IMG/VR virus record: IMGVR_UViG_3300037041_002705
Location: 69,674 to 133,673 of that record
Reading direction: 5' to 3' (one strand)
Source: a virus
DNA length: 64,000 bases
Shown in pieces: positions 26,959 to 36,299 of this stretch (the stretch's first letter is position 1; each line of letters opens with the position of its first letter). Below the pieces are notes generated by a model. It did no database searches, was not told the DNA's origin, and saw only the letters and a list, made by a program, of their open reading frames with translations. The translations under genes and the position numbers were made by a program.

Positions 26959-28285
26959 AGAATTTCTGAACAAGAATGAGATCTTGAACTCGGCCCTCAT
27001 AGGGTTCGAGTTCGAGTTCTTTTCTAATAAGAAGTTCCCAACAGTGGCGGCAGAAATGTCTAGCCTTCTTGGAAAGAAGGTTGTGCCAGCATACAAGATG
27101 AATGCAAAGGGAGAAAAGATCCCTGGTGCCCACACTGATGTTCAAGTAGACTACAACAACTACAAACTGGAGCATGATTTTTCTGGAGGAAGGGCCATGA
27201 TGGAACTCGTCACTGGCCCTACTCCTTTTTTTGAAGCGAAGATAATACTTGCAAAGGTCCTTAATTGGATAAAGCAAAACGGCAAAACCAATGATCGTTC
27301 CGGCATACACATAAACATAAGCTTCAACAGGTTTACCACACCAAACAACAACATTGATATATCAGCGTTGGATGTTCTTAAGCTTGTCCTGACGTTTGAC
27401 GAAGACTACATCTATGAGAGGTTTCCTGACAGAAGGAACAATGTTTTTGCGCGATCGGTAGACTATGTGCTCCCAAACAATCTGTTTAGCTTCAATGACA
27501 ACATCAAGAACATAAACAGATCAAGCTTTACAGTACCACATGAAAAGTACTTTGGTTTCAACTTTTCAAAGCTTGCAAACGGCTACCTTGAGATGAGGTA
27601 TCTTGGAGGTAAGGACTATGAGGACAAGATAGTTGAGATACTTGAGTGTATGGACTATGCAACCCTCACAATCTATGACTGTCTTGCAAATGGAAACTAT
27701 ACCGAAGAAAACCTTTCAAGGCTCAGAAACAGGCTAGCAGAGCACAAGAAGTTCATAAATGGGATGGTGAACCACAAGGTCTTCTCCGTTTTTTACAAGG
27801 ACATTGAGGTATATGTTGACCTAAAGAACACAGATCAGCTCCTGTCAACATACTGGGAAGAGTACAGAAACGTGCTTTTTGATCTGATATATAGGAATGG
27901 GTTGAAGTCTGGGCATATCAACTTGGACATAGATCTGCATAGGTATCAGGTAAAGGATGGAGTTTTCAAGAAGCCATGGGGGCTTGCATTCTATGATCTG
28001 GTGGACTGTAAGCTAAAGAATTCAATAGTTGATCAATGCACCCTCATAGGATGCAAGATCTCGTCTTCTCAGCTATACTTCTGTGAGATCATTCTTGATA
28101 ATACTATCAATGATTCCAAGATAAAATCCAGCTACATAAAGACCCTTGACAATAGATTCTCAAACTGCTACATAGACAATCTTCCCCATAATGTAAAGGG
28201 TGATATTGTGAATTGCATAATAAGGAGCGGTGGGATATCTGATTTGACTACAATTGATGATAAGACGACTGTTGTTGGTGTGTAA
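26942..28285 (+). CDS. Putative amidoligase (COOH-NH2 ligase type 2) with C-terminal beta-helix-like repeats
   Basis: IGFEFEF, MELVT, SGIHINIS, KYFGFN, YLEMR. Confidence 0.75.
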   Translation: MNQRTKEFLNKNEILNSALIGFEFEFFSNKKFPTVAAEMSSLLGKKVVPAYKMNAKGEKIPGAHTDVQVDYNNYKLEHDFSGGRAMMELVTGPTPFFEAKIILAKVLNWIKQNGKTNDRSGIHINISFNRFTTPNNNIDISALDVLKLVLTFDEDYIYERFPDRRNNVFARSVDYVLPNNLFSFNDNIKNINRSSFTVPHEKYFGFNFSKLANGYLEMRYLGGKDYEDKIVEILECMDYATLTIYDCLANGNYTEENLSRLRNRLAEHKKFINGMVNHKVFSVFYKDIEVYVDLKNTDQLLSTYWEEYRNVLFDLIYRNGLKSGHINLDIDLHRYQVKDGVFKKPWGLAFYDLVDCKLKNSIVDQCTLIGCKISSSQLYFCEIILDNTINDSKIKSSYIKTLDNRFSNCYIDNLPHNVKGDIVNCIIRSGGISDLTTIDDKTTVVGV

Positions 28286-28298
28286 AAATTAAAGAAGA

Positions 28299-30020
28299 TT
28301 GAACGAACTCCTAAATAAGATAAGCGTACTGTTCTCTCAGATATACAGTGACGCCAGAACGTACTTCTCAAACGCATACTCGCAATCAGGGTCTGTGTTT
28401 GGTCCTTCTTCTGCGTATGGACAGCTTCTAACAGCAATATCTGCATTCACACAAAGGGTCTTCTTTTACATCGAAGACAGCATAACAGAGCTTAACATAT
28501 ACACAGCAACAAGGAGAAGCTCGGTCTATGGCCTTGCACGTCTTGCTGGCCACAATCCAACAAGGGCAATTGGTGCAACCGGCGACATAAACCTGACGTT
28601 TACAGGCGAAACAATACAGGCAGCAAACAATCAGGTCGTCATACCAAACTTTACAACGATACAGTGCATAAACAATGGTCTGTATTACACCATACTTGCC
28701 CCAAGAGAAGAGATAAGGATGAACATAGGACAGAGGAATTCTGTTAAGGTGAAGATGGTTCAAGGAAAGATTGAGTCCCAGACGTTTACAGGAACAGGAG
28801 AGTCTCTTCAGACGTTCAATGCATTTGTCAAGAACAACAATAACATAGACAACTTTTATGTGAATGTCTACGTCAATGGAGAAGAATACACAATATATGA
28901 TAGCTTCTATGACATGCCACTCGGTGCATCAGGATGCCTCGTAAGGACCTCTCTGAACAACGGAATAGATGTCATATTTGGAAACACACAGTATGGAAAG
29001 ATCCCAGACTCTGGTGCAACAATTGTGGTTCAGTATCTTGTGACAGATGGAGCATATGGAAACATCATAGATTTCACAGAAAAGGCACAGTTCAAGTTTG
29101 TTGATCAGGTCTTTGATGCAGTTGGAAACACAATCGATGTCAACAATGGGATAAACATATCCCTTGCTTCAAGGGTCATCCTTGGGTCCTTTCCTGAGCC
29201 AATTGAACTGACGAAGATAATAGCACCAAAGGTCTCCAGATCTCTCGTTCTTGCTAGACCTGAGAATTACGTATATTTTCTACAAAGGCTTAACTACTTC
29301 TCGATAGTTGACGCTTTTGATACGTTTGGAGATGATTATCTTGAAGATGATAATGTCGTATACGTCTATCTGGTTCCAGAGATACAGAAGAGGCTGAAGA
29401 CAAATGAGAACTACTTCACGGTCAATGTAGAGAAGTTTACACTTTTTGATGATGAGGTGAAGAAGATCAGGGATTACGTTCAAGAATCCGGGTCAATGCT
29501 TGTGACGTCTGAGATGCGTATACTTCGCCCAGTCATAAAGAGGTATGTCCTCAACATAAGCCTGGTGGTGTTTGACAATGTTTCCATTGACCTTCTAAAG
29601 TCAGAGGTTGTGGCAAAGTTGAATGAATACCTGCTGTCATTCGTCAGAAGGGATAGGATCCCACAGAGTGATATTGTTGCAATACTTGAGGGCATCAATG
29701 GAATTGATTCTGTGAACGTCAGATTCATGTGTGAAGAAAACGAAAAGATAAAGAGCGAGTGGCTTCAAAAGCTCACAACTGCTCCAAACACTCCTGAGCC
29801 TGCTGATGTCGGCCTTGATAGCCAAGGAGACATAATAATAGGAAAGGGAGAGCTTCCTCTTGTCAGGGGAGGATGGTATGACCGGTATGGAAACTACTTC
29901 AACGATACAGTTGACTTTGCAGTTCCATGCTCTGTGAACATCGAGATAAAGGAAGTACTAACGCAGTCAATCTATAACAAGCTTGCGATAGACAAGATAA
30001 AGAAATTAAAATCCAGTTAA
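28299..30020 (+). CDS. gp6: Baseplate wedge subunit (T4 gp6/baseplate J-like)
   Basis: IYTATRRSSVYGLARLAGHNP, VIFGNTQYGKIP, VQYLVTDGAYGN, EPIELTK...AP, ARPENY. Confidence 0.88.
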   Translation: MNELLNKISVLFSQIYSDARTYFSNAYSQSGSVFGPSSAYGQLLTAISAFTQRVFFYIEDSITELNIYTATRRSSVYGLARLAGHNPTRAIGATGDINLTFTGETIQAANNQVVIPNFTTIQCINNGLYYTILAPREEIRMNIGQRNSVKVKMVQGKIESQTFTGTGESLQTFNAFVKNNNNIDNFYVNVYVNGEEYTIYDSFYDMPLGASGCLVRTSLNNGIDVIFGNTQYGKIPDSGATIVVQYLVTDGAYGNIIDFTEKAQFKFVDQVFDAVGNTIDVNNGINISLASRVILGSFPEPIELTKIIAPKVSRSLVLARPENYVYFLQRLNYFSIVDAFDTFGDDYLEDDNVVYVYLVPEIQKRLKTNENYFTVNVEKFTLFDDEVKKIRDYVQESGSMLVTSEMRILRPVIKRYVLNISLVVFDNVSIDLLKSEVVAKLNEYLLSFVRRDRIPQSDIVAILEGINGIDSVNVRFMCEENEKIKSEWLQKLTTAPNTPEPADVGLDSQGDIIIGKGELPLVRGGWYDRYGNYFNDTVDFAVPCSVNIEIKEVLTQSIYNKLAIDKIKKLKSS

Positions 30021-30024
30021 GGCA

Positions 30025-30033
30025 AATATATAC
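30025..30033 (+). promoter_or_regulatory. Putative late promoter AATATATAC
   Basis: Intergenic RATATATA motif 16 nt before ATG 30050. Confidence 0.65.
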
Positions 30034-30049
30034 AAAAATTGAGGTAAAA

Positions 30050-30871
30050 ATGGCAGTAACCATAACAGAAATACTCGAAACGGATGAGATTGCAGCATCC
30101 AGAGTCACGTTAAACAATAACTTCTCAGCCCTAAAATCTGCGGTTGATACTATAACAGACACATACCTAGATACAGCAACTGGGGATCTTACTGTCAATT
30201 CTGCAACAATACAGAAGCTATCAACCGATCCTATAACAACGATAGGTCTTCAGGTTGAAAACTCAGCAGATGTAGATGGTAACATGGGAGTTGGCCAGAC
30301 GCTTACAACAAATGCACTTGTTGTTACGAATGGAATCACAGTATCTGGCGGAAACATAAGCCTGACTAACTCAGCAAACAAGATATCATCTACTGGTGGT
30401 CTTTCTGTTGCTGGTTCGGTTGTTCAGACTGGTTTCTCAAGTGCATTCACGCCTGCATACGATGAGGCATCTTATGCGACTGTGTCAGGAACAACTGGAA
30501 ATCTTGTGACTGCGGGTTCTAGCGTGTTCCTTCTTCAATGGACGAGCGCATATGATCCTGCAAACACGGCCGATGGATACATCATCAAGGATGTTAGGCT
30601 TCCAAACACAGGAGACATTGGTCAGAGGATCACAATAGTTACAACATTGGATTCTGATGTGACAAACACAGATGGCCACTATCTAATGGCTCCAGTAGGT
30701 GGAACGATCCTTGGCGTTGATAGCTCGACTGTTGGAAATCAAGGAATTCTCATATGCAACAATGACTCATCTATCGGTTCAAACCTCTTAAACACTTGCG
30801 TTGAACTTGCATGGACAGGGTCACAGTGGCTAATACTCAACCTCTACGGTGCAACAATAGAAACAATGTAA
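30050..30871 (+). CDS. Short tail-fibre/baseplate-like structural protein
   Basis: N-terminal TEILETDEIAASRVTLNNNFSAL typical of fibre attachment domains; Thr/Gly/Ser-rich; C-terminal VELAWTGSQWLI. Confidence 0.7.
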   Translation: MAVTITEILETDEIAASRVTLNNNFSALKSAVDTITDTYLDTATGDLTVNSATIQKLSTDPITTIGLQVENSADVDGNMGVGQTLTTNALVVTNGITVSGGNISLTNSANKISSTGGLSVAGSVVQTGFSSAFTPAYDEASYATVSGTTGNLVTAGSSVFLLQWTSAYDPANTADGYIIKDVRLPNTGDIGQRITIVTTLDSDVTNTDGHYLMAPVGGTILGVDSSTVGNQGILICNNDSSIGSNLLNTCVELAWTGSQWLILNLYGATIETM

Positions 30872-31248
30872 TGAAGAACCTCCTCAGGTACAGAGAGATG
30901 CTAAGTGAATCATACGATGCAGCTCGAATCTTTTTTGTGGACACTGGAAAGATACCAGGGGATGTCTTCAACACAATTGCATATGTTGATCCAACCGTTG
31001 AAAAGATCTATCTACATGCTATGTGCACCTGGTACATTGAGAACCAGGCTGAAATAGAGGTATTGAAAGACTTCTTCAGAAGGTTCAATCTACTCGTAAA
31101 GAGCGGAGACATAAAGGATCCAGACATATCAAGATTTTCAAACTTTGCTGAGTTTCAAGACGAAGTTAAGCAAGCGGAACTGACTGGGCTACAGAGCAAA
31201 AAGATCTACGAGTTTCCAGGAAAATTCCCTAATGACTACAACCGTTAA
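30871..31248 (+). CDS. Hypothetical protein with capsid-targeting-like N-terminus
   Basis: Start MKNLLRYREMLSES at 30871 (TAATG coupling) rather than 30811. Confidence 0.7.
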   Translation: MKNLLRYREMLSESYDAARIFFVDTGKIPGDVFNTIAYVDPTVEKIYLHAMCTWYIENQAEIEVLKDFFRRFNLLVKSGDIKDPDISRFSNFAEFQDEVKQAELTGLQSKKIYEFPGKFPNDYNR

Positions 31249-31259
31249 ATCAAACTAAT

Positions 31260-34200
31260 ATGCTTATAGAGGTAGGTCGCCACCTTAAGTTTTTTGATAA
31301 AGAAGGTAACGAACTTAATCTCACTCGTGCGTACGGTGTGTGGTACGGGATGCTCTACTTCCCTAGAGTTTCCACTTCATTATATGAAGTACAACACATC
31401 TTCATTGCCGAGCAGGTTAAGTACGAGTACAGCTTCACCCAATCAATAAACATCAACACTCTCCCGGTTGGGCTGAGTGGCCTCGTTACGCTTGATGTAA
31501 ATGCAGATCCAAGCGATGTTGAGCTTCTTGACAGGATATACTATCCTGGCCAACAGGTCACTGTTGTTGACACGTCAAATTCAGAAAACTACTTCATAGG
31601 ATCTGTACAGGGATACAATCCGGTAGATGGATCTTTGAACCTTAGGGTGACATCAAAGTTTGGCACAGGTACCGTTAGCACATGGAAGATAGAAGCATAC
31701 GTCTATACATTCCCTAGAGGAGCAGACAACTCCTACTTCACAGTAAAATGGAGAGAGGACGTTGCATCTGACAATGTGTTCCTTTTCAATGCAGACACAG
31801 GAGGCGACTATCCTGTCATAAAGAAGATGGAATATCTTGAGGAGCTGTTGGACAATGGATCCTCGGATGAAATAGAAGGGGTCACATTCTCTGGAGGAGA
31901 ACCAGTAGCCGTCGATCCGGATGCAACAATGTACCGGATAATAGAAGATGGAACTGACATAGACTCAAAGGTCATGCAGCTGAATCTTGCGCTCTTCTCT
32001 GAAGAGGAGTCAAGGTATGCAAGAACGCTTGAGGTATACTACACAAACCTCAGCCCAATAGCAGATACATTCAGGGACACCTTTGTTGGAACTGGGTTAA
32101 ACAATCAAAACTACATCATTGATGTTGATGATTCATTCAACCTCAACAACTACTACTTCAATGTTTATGTGGCACAGCCACAGTCAGGGTTCCAGATAGA
32201 ATCAACATCGGTCGTCACTCCTGGATCAATGACGATAGACTTTTCATCAAAGAGAAGCTTTGAAAACGAAAAGCGCCTTCAGACTGGCGGAACAATAGCA
32301 ATAATAAGGAACAACGATCCATCATCAACGTTCTTCTGTACGGTGGTTAGCAGCAACTACAACCCATCGACTGATACGATGACGATAGACATAGAGGATA
32401 ACACACTCTTCGGATCCATTGCAGACTTCTCCACGTATAAAGTTCTGATCAATGATCAGCAGCTTGCACCGATGGAGGTTGTTGATAACATAACAGACTA
32501 CAACCCTGGAGAGATGGTTGTAAATCTAAAGAAGACAGTATCTTCTGAGTTCAATGCACTCTTTGGTAACAGCAAGAATGGATATGTTCCTCCTGCTGCA
32601 TCATGCATTGTTGTTGAATGGAATCTCATAGAAGATCTTCAGAAGGTTGCTGAGATTGCAGTCTACGGAGAGGTTGAAGGAGAGGATGAACGGTTCAAGC
32701 TCATCCTTGACAACTTTGGCCGTGACATAGTATCTGAGGTCGGTCCTGTGTTTAGAAACGCAGACGTCAATGAGGGCCTTCCTGACTACCAGCTTGTGAA
32801 CGAAAAGAGAAAAGAACTTCTTGCAGCAGGCGATGAGATATTCCCATACACCGGTTCATACCGAGGGTTCATAAATGCAATCAAGTTCTTTGGCTATGGC
32901 GATCTTCGACTAAAGGAATACTGGAAGAACGTAGACATCACGTCTCCTCTGTATGGAAAGTACAATCAGATAGAGGTACCACTAAATCTCAAAGACATAA
33001 ACAGCGACGGACTTGTCCCAAGCCAGGTTTGGAAGAAGACAAGCAAGTTCAGCCTTGTTTACGATATAAATGAACTGACAGGAACATACGATGAGTATGG
33101 CGAGCCTATAACCCAGGACTCCTTCCAGTTCACAAACGAAGAGGTTCTCATAAAGCTCTTCTCGTTAAAGAACGTCCTCAAGAAGTACTTCCTTCCACTG
33201 AATGCAAGGATCGTGGACATAACAGGAGAGGGCATATACTTTGACACATATGCAACAGAGTCTTGGCTAACCCAGAACCACTACATAGTGTCATCTCCTG
33301 ATTACCTTGACATAAAGTTCACTGTAGAGCCAAAGATAGCATACATAGACGATCAGGACACGCCATACAAGAAGGTCAATCCTGTTGGTGAAGGCCTCTC
33401 AATACAGGAGCTTTCGGCATACAGCATATCTGATCTTGGAAACTATGAGCTATCAAGCTTTTATGTGAACAAGAATGCACCGACGTTCCTCGAGAGCGGC
33501 GTACAGAAGATAGGAGCAAAGGTCACATGCACAGCAGATACATTCAAGCTGTACTGGAAGGACATGACAATGTCGTGGAACAAGCTCCAAGAATCTGAGA
33601 GTGCCATCGCAGGAAGCCAATTCACATGGGCTGGAGTTGCAGATGGTGATGCATATGAAATGGAATGGAGGGTAAATTCAACTGGAGGAGCAAGGCCTTT
33701 CAACTATGCAAAGAGGGGCAAAGTTTCAGATCTGACAACGCATGACGTCATAGTCCCATATGAAGGCACATACGATGTTGAGCTTGCATACTATCTAACA
33801 AGCAGCGGTGTTCAATCAAAGCTCATGAGGAGCGCATTCGTTGCAAGCATGAAGTCGTCCAACCTCGTTGGTTTCTACAGGGCATCAAACACGGTTGATA
33901 CATGGAACCAGATATATGGAACATGGGAAGAAGGAAGCTGGTCTTGGGCAACAAGAAACCAAGGCGTTCTTAGGCCTACTGTAAAGAGGCGTCTTGCATC
34001 AAGGGCATTCCCTCAAAGATTCAAGAACACAACATGGCAGCAATCAGTCATAAGATGGGCAGACATAAGCTCAACTAGATATTTCGACCAAGATTTTCTT
34101 GATGAAGTAGAGAATGCTCAGATAGCAGACATAGACTATGATCTAAAAACGGTTTATCTGTTTGGGAACTACTACAAACCAGATACAAGCGCAAGGACTG

Positions 34201-36299
34201 CATTGACAAAGGGGCAACTTGTTGTCTTCAAAGGCCCAGAATCAAGAACATCCACAAACGTCCTTAGCTACAATTCAGCAACAAAGACGCTTGTTGTAGA
34301 GGGAGAATACCAGCCTTCTACAATAAATGGAAAGCTCATATCGATAATATCAAGGGTTCTGTTGGACTCACTCACGTTCAATGCAATAAGCCCAGAGATA
34401 AGTGAGGCTGGATACTATCCAAAGTATCGTGTTGAGCTCGATGGAGACCTTACTGCATGGATACGAACCGGTCTCAGTGTTGAGGTTTTGTTGAACGGCG
34501 ATGCAGAGTTTTCTGATGCAATAGTTACGAAGAGCTCATACGACATAACAACAAACAAGACGACTATTGAGTTTAAGACAACGGACAGAAGGTACTCAAA
34601 CTTCAACATAGCAACATCCCAGACAGGAGGAGAAATAATATCAACAGAGACCGGATGCTCTTTGAGGTACTTCAACTTCTCATCAAGGCTAACGCCAGGT
34701 TCAACTATTGCATACAATGGAAGAACATCAATATTCTTCAATGATCTTGATAAGACGCTGTCAAAGCTTCCAGATCCTTCAACAAATGATGTCCTTGCAT
34801 ACTGGGGCAACGTCAGCGCAGACGTGTCCTTCTATGTGTCAGATGTATACTTTGATGGATCATACACAAATGTCGTTCTTGAGGATCCAAAGGCCCTCCT
34901 TCCAAAGATAGACACAAGCTATTCGATAGACTTCTCAGAGTTCGATGTTGACTATGCTGGAAAATGGGCTGGAATACTTCCGGTAAACAAGTGGTCGTCG
35001 TTGACTGGCCAGTGGAAGGATGTGTTCTCAAGGACATGGGGGTCTTTTGATTACCATCCAAGCTACACATGTGGTTTCATAATAAACACTGTTGCTCCTG
35101 GTGGTTCAATAAGAATAAATGATGGAGAGCTCTTTGAGTTTCCTAACGACACGTACATGACAATGGGTGATGCTCTTGAGGCATTAAAGACATCCCAGAT
35201 TGAAGAGATCTCAAGGTTCAACTATACGATTGCCATCTACAACGAAACGATGGGCATACTCAGGGTCCTTCCTGATCCAGTATCAAGCGACTGGCCATAC
35301 TACACATCGATAAGCTATGAAGTGAACGATGGCTACTTCTTAAATAGTGATTCTACTGGATCGTCGGTCGGTGCAACGGTCAACTTTGATTTTGATAAAG
35401 ACATATCAAGCCTTCCTTACTTTGAGCCAGGTAACACAATAAAGATAGTAAAGAAGGACAATAGTGAGACTATAGAAGTTGTCATATCTTCTCTCGGCGC
35501 AGAGTTTAATTCAGTCGGAGAGATAGTCATAAACATAGAGGACAGCATAGAGTACTCAGCGATAGCAGACTACACAGACTACAGGGTGTTCTTTACTCCT
35601 TGGGGCCAAATACCTGAAACACTTGTGTATGACTCAACTGCAACTCCTCCTAGAGAGGTCTATGTTCCTCCTACATACATCATACTTGCAACGGCAAAGG
35701 TGCCAGGTGTAAGCGCCCTTGGCTACATAGAGTTTGATGGAGGGGTCACAGGAATATACAGAGACTTCCCTACAAGGTCACACACATACCCAGTATATGA
35801 CTTCAGGAAGTACAGGGACACTGATAACATCGGCGACTACGACCCAAGAGAGGAATCAAACTACCGAGGATGGGAAGAAGGTGGCTCAACGTTCCCTCCT
35901 GTGAAGTACTTTGATACATGCAACGGAAACCTCCCTGCTCTCATGAGGTCGCAGTACGGACCATATTTGAATGGAAGCTTTGGTTGGAATGAGACATACA
36001 TAGGATATGATCATGTTGACGCACTTACATTCTCAACAGTGTTCTTTAATCTTGCAAACTGTAAGATATCAGGCGTTGTTGATGTCATATGGAAGCTCAT
36101 TGATTCAGAGTCTGGCGTCTTGTTGTTAAAGACAAAGAACCCATACTTTGTATGGACGTTCAATTCAACAGGAAACTTTGATGTTGAGGCAGAGGTGATA
36201 GACCTAAATGGAAACACAAAGACGGTAAGAAAGAAGGGATTCGTCAGGGTGTTTGATTCTTTTGAAACATTACAATTTGAAGGATGTCCAGTCAACTAA
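31260..36299 (+). CDS. Large baseplate wedge protein (gp7-like core) with inserted beta modules and C-terminal PKD-like domain
   Basis: IFPYTGSYRGFINAIKFFGY...LKEYW, KYFLPLNARIVDI; C-terminal NPYFVWTFNSTGNFDVEAEVIDLNGN. Confidence 0.65.
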   Translation: MLIEVGRHLKFFDKEGNELNLTRAYGVWYGMLYFPRVSTSLYEVQHIFIAEQVKYEYSFTQSININTLPVGLSGLVTLDVNADPSDVELLDRIYYPGQQVTVVDTSNSENYFIGSVQGYNPVDGSLNLRVTSKFGTGTVSTWKIEAYVYTFPRGADNSYFTVKWREDVASDNVFLFNADTGGDYPVIKKMEYLEELLDNGSSDEIEGVTFSGGEPVAVDPDATMYRIIEDGTDIDSKVMQLNLALFSEEESRYARTLEVYYTNLSPIADTFRDTFVGTGLNNQNYIIDVDDSFNLNNYYFNVYVAQPQSGFQIESTSVVTPGSMTIDFSSKRSFENEKRLQTGGTIAIIRNNDPSSTFFCTVVSSNYNPSTDTMTIDIEDNTLFGSIADFSTYKVLINDQQLAPMEVVDNITDYNPGEMVVNLKKTVSSEFNALFGNSKNGYVPPAASCIVVEWNLIEDLQKVAEIAVYGEVEGEDERFKLILDNFGRDIVSEVGPVFRNADVNEGLPDYQLVNEKRKELLAAGDEIFPYTGSYRGFINAIKFFGYGDLRLKEYWKNVDITSPLYGKYNQIEVPLNLKDINSDGLVPSQVWKKTSKFSLVYDINELTGTYDEYGEPITQDSFQFTNEEVLIKLFSLKNVLKKYFLPLNARIVDITGEGIYFDTYATESWLTQNHYIVSSPDYLDIKFTVEPKIAYIDDQDTPYKKVNPVGEGLSIQELSAYSISDLGNYELSSFYVNKNAPTFLESGVQKIGAKVTCTADTFKLYWKDMTMSWNKLQESESAIAGSQFTWAGVADGDAYEMEWRVNSTGGARPFNYAKRGKVSDLTTHDVIVPYEGTYDVELAYYLTSSGVQSKLMRSAFVASMKSSNLVGFYRASNTVDTWNQIYGTWEEGSWSWATRNQGVLRPTVKRRLASRAFPQRFKNTTWQQSVIRWADISSTRYFDQDFLDEVENAQIADIDYDLKTVYLFGNYYKPDTSARTALTKGQLVVFKGPESRTSTNVLSYNSATKTLVVEGEYQPSTINGKLISIISRVLLDSLTFNAISPEISEAGYYPKYRVELDGDLTAWIRTGLSVEVLLNGDAEFSDAIVTKSSYDITTNKTTIEFKTTDRRYSNFNIATSQTGGEIISTETGCSLRYFNFSSRLTPGSTIAYNGRTSIFFNDLDKTLSKLPDPSTNDVLAYWGNVSADVSFYVSDVYFDGSYTNVVLEDPKALLPKIDTSYSIDFSEFDVDYAGKWAGILPVNKWSSLTGQWKDVFSRTWGSFDYHPSYTCGFIINTVAPGGSIRINDGELFEFPNDTYMTMGDALEALKTSQIEEISRFNYTIAIYNETMGILRVLPDPVSSDWPYYTSISYEVNDGYFLNSDSTGSSVGATVNFDFDKDISSLPYFEPGNTIKIVKKDNSETIEVVISSLGAEFNSVGEIVINIEDSIEYSAIADYTDYRVFFTPWGQIPETLVYDSTATPPREVYVPPTYIILATAKVPGVSALGYIEFDGGVTGIYRDFPTRSHTYPVYDFRKYRDTDNIGDYDPREESNYRGWEEGGSTFPPVKYFDTCNGNLPALMRSQYGPYLNGSFGWNETYIGYDHVDALTFSTVFFNLANCKISGVVDVIWKLIDSESGVLLLKTKNPYFVWTFNSTGNFDVEAEVIDLNGNTKTVRKKGFVRVFDSFETLQFEGCPVN

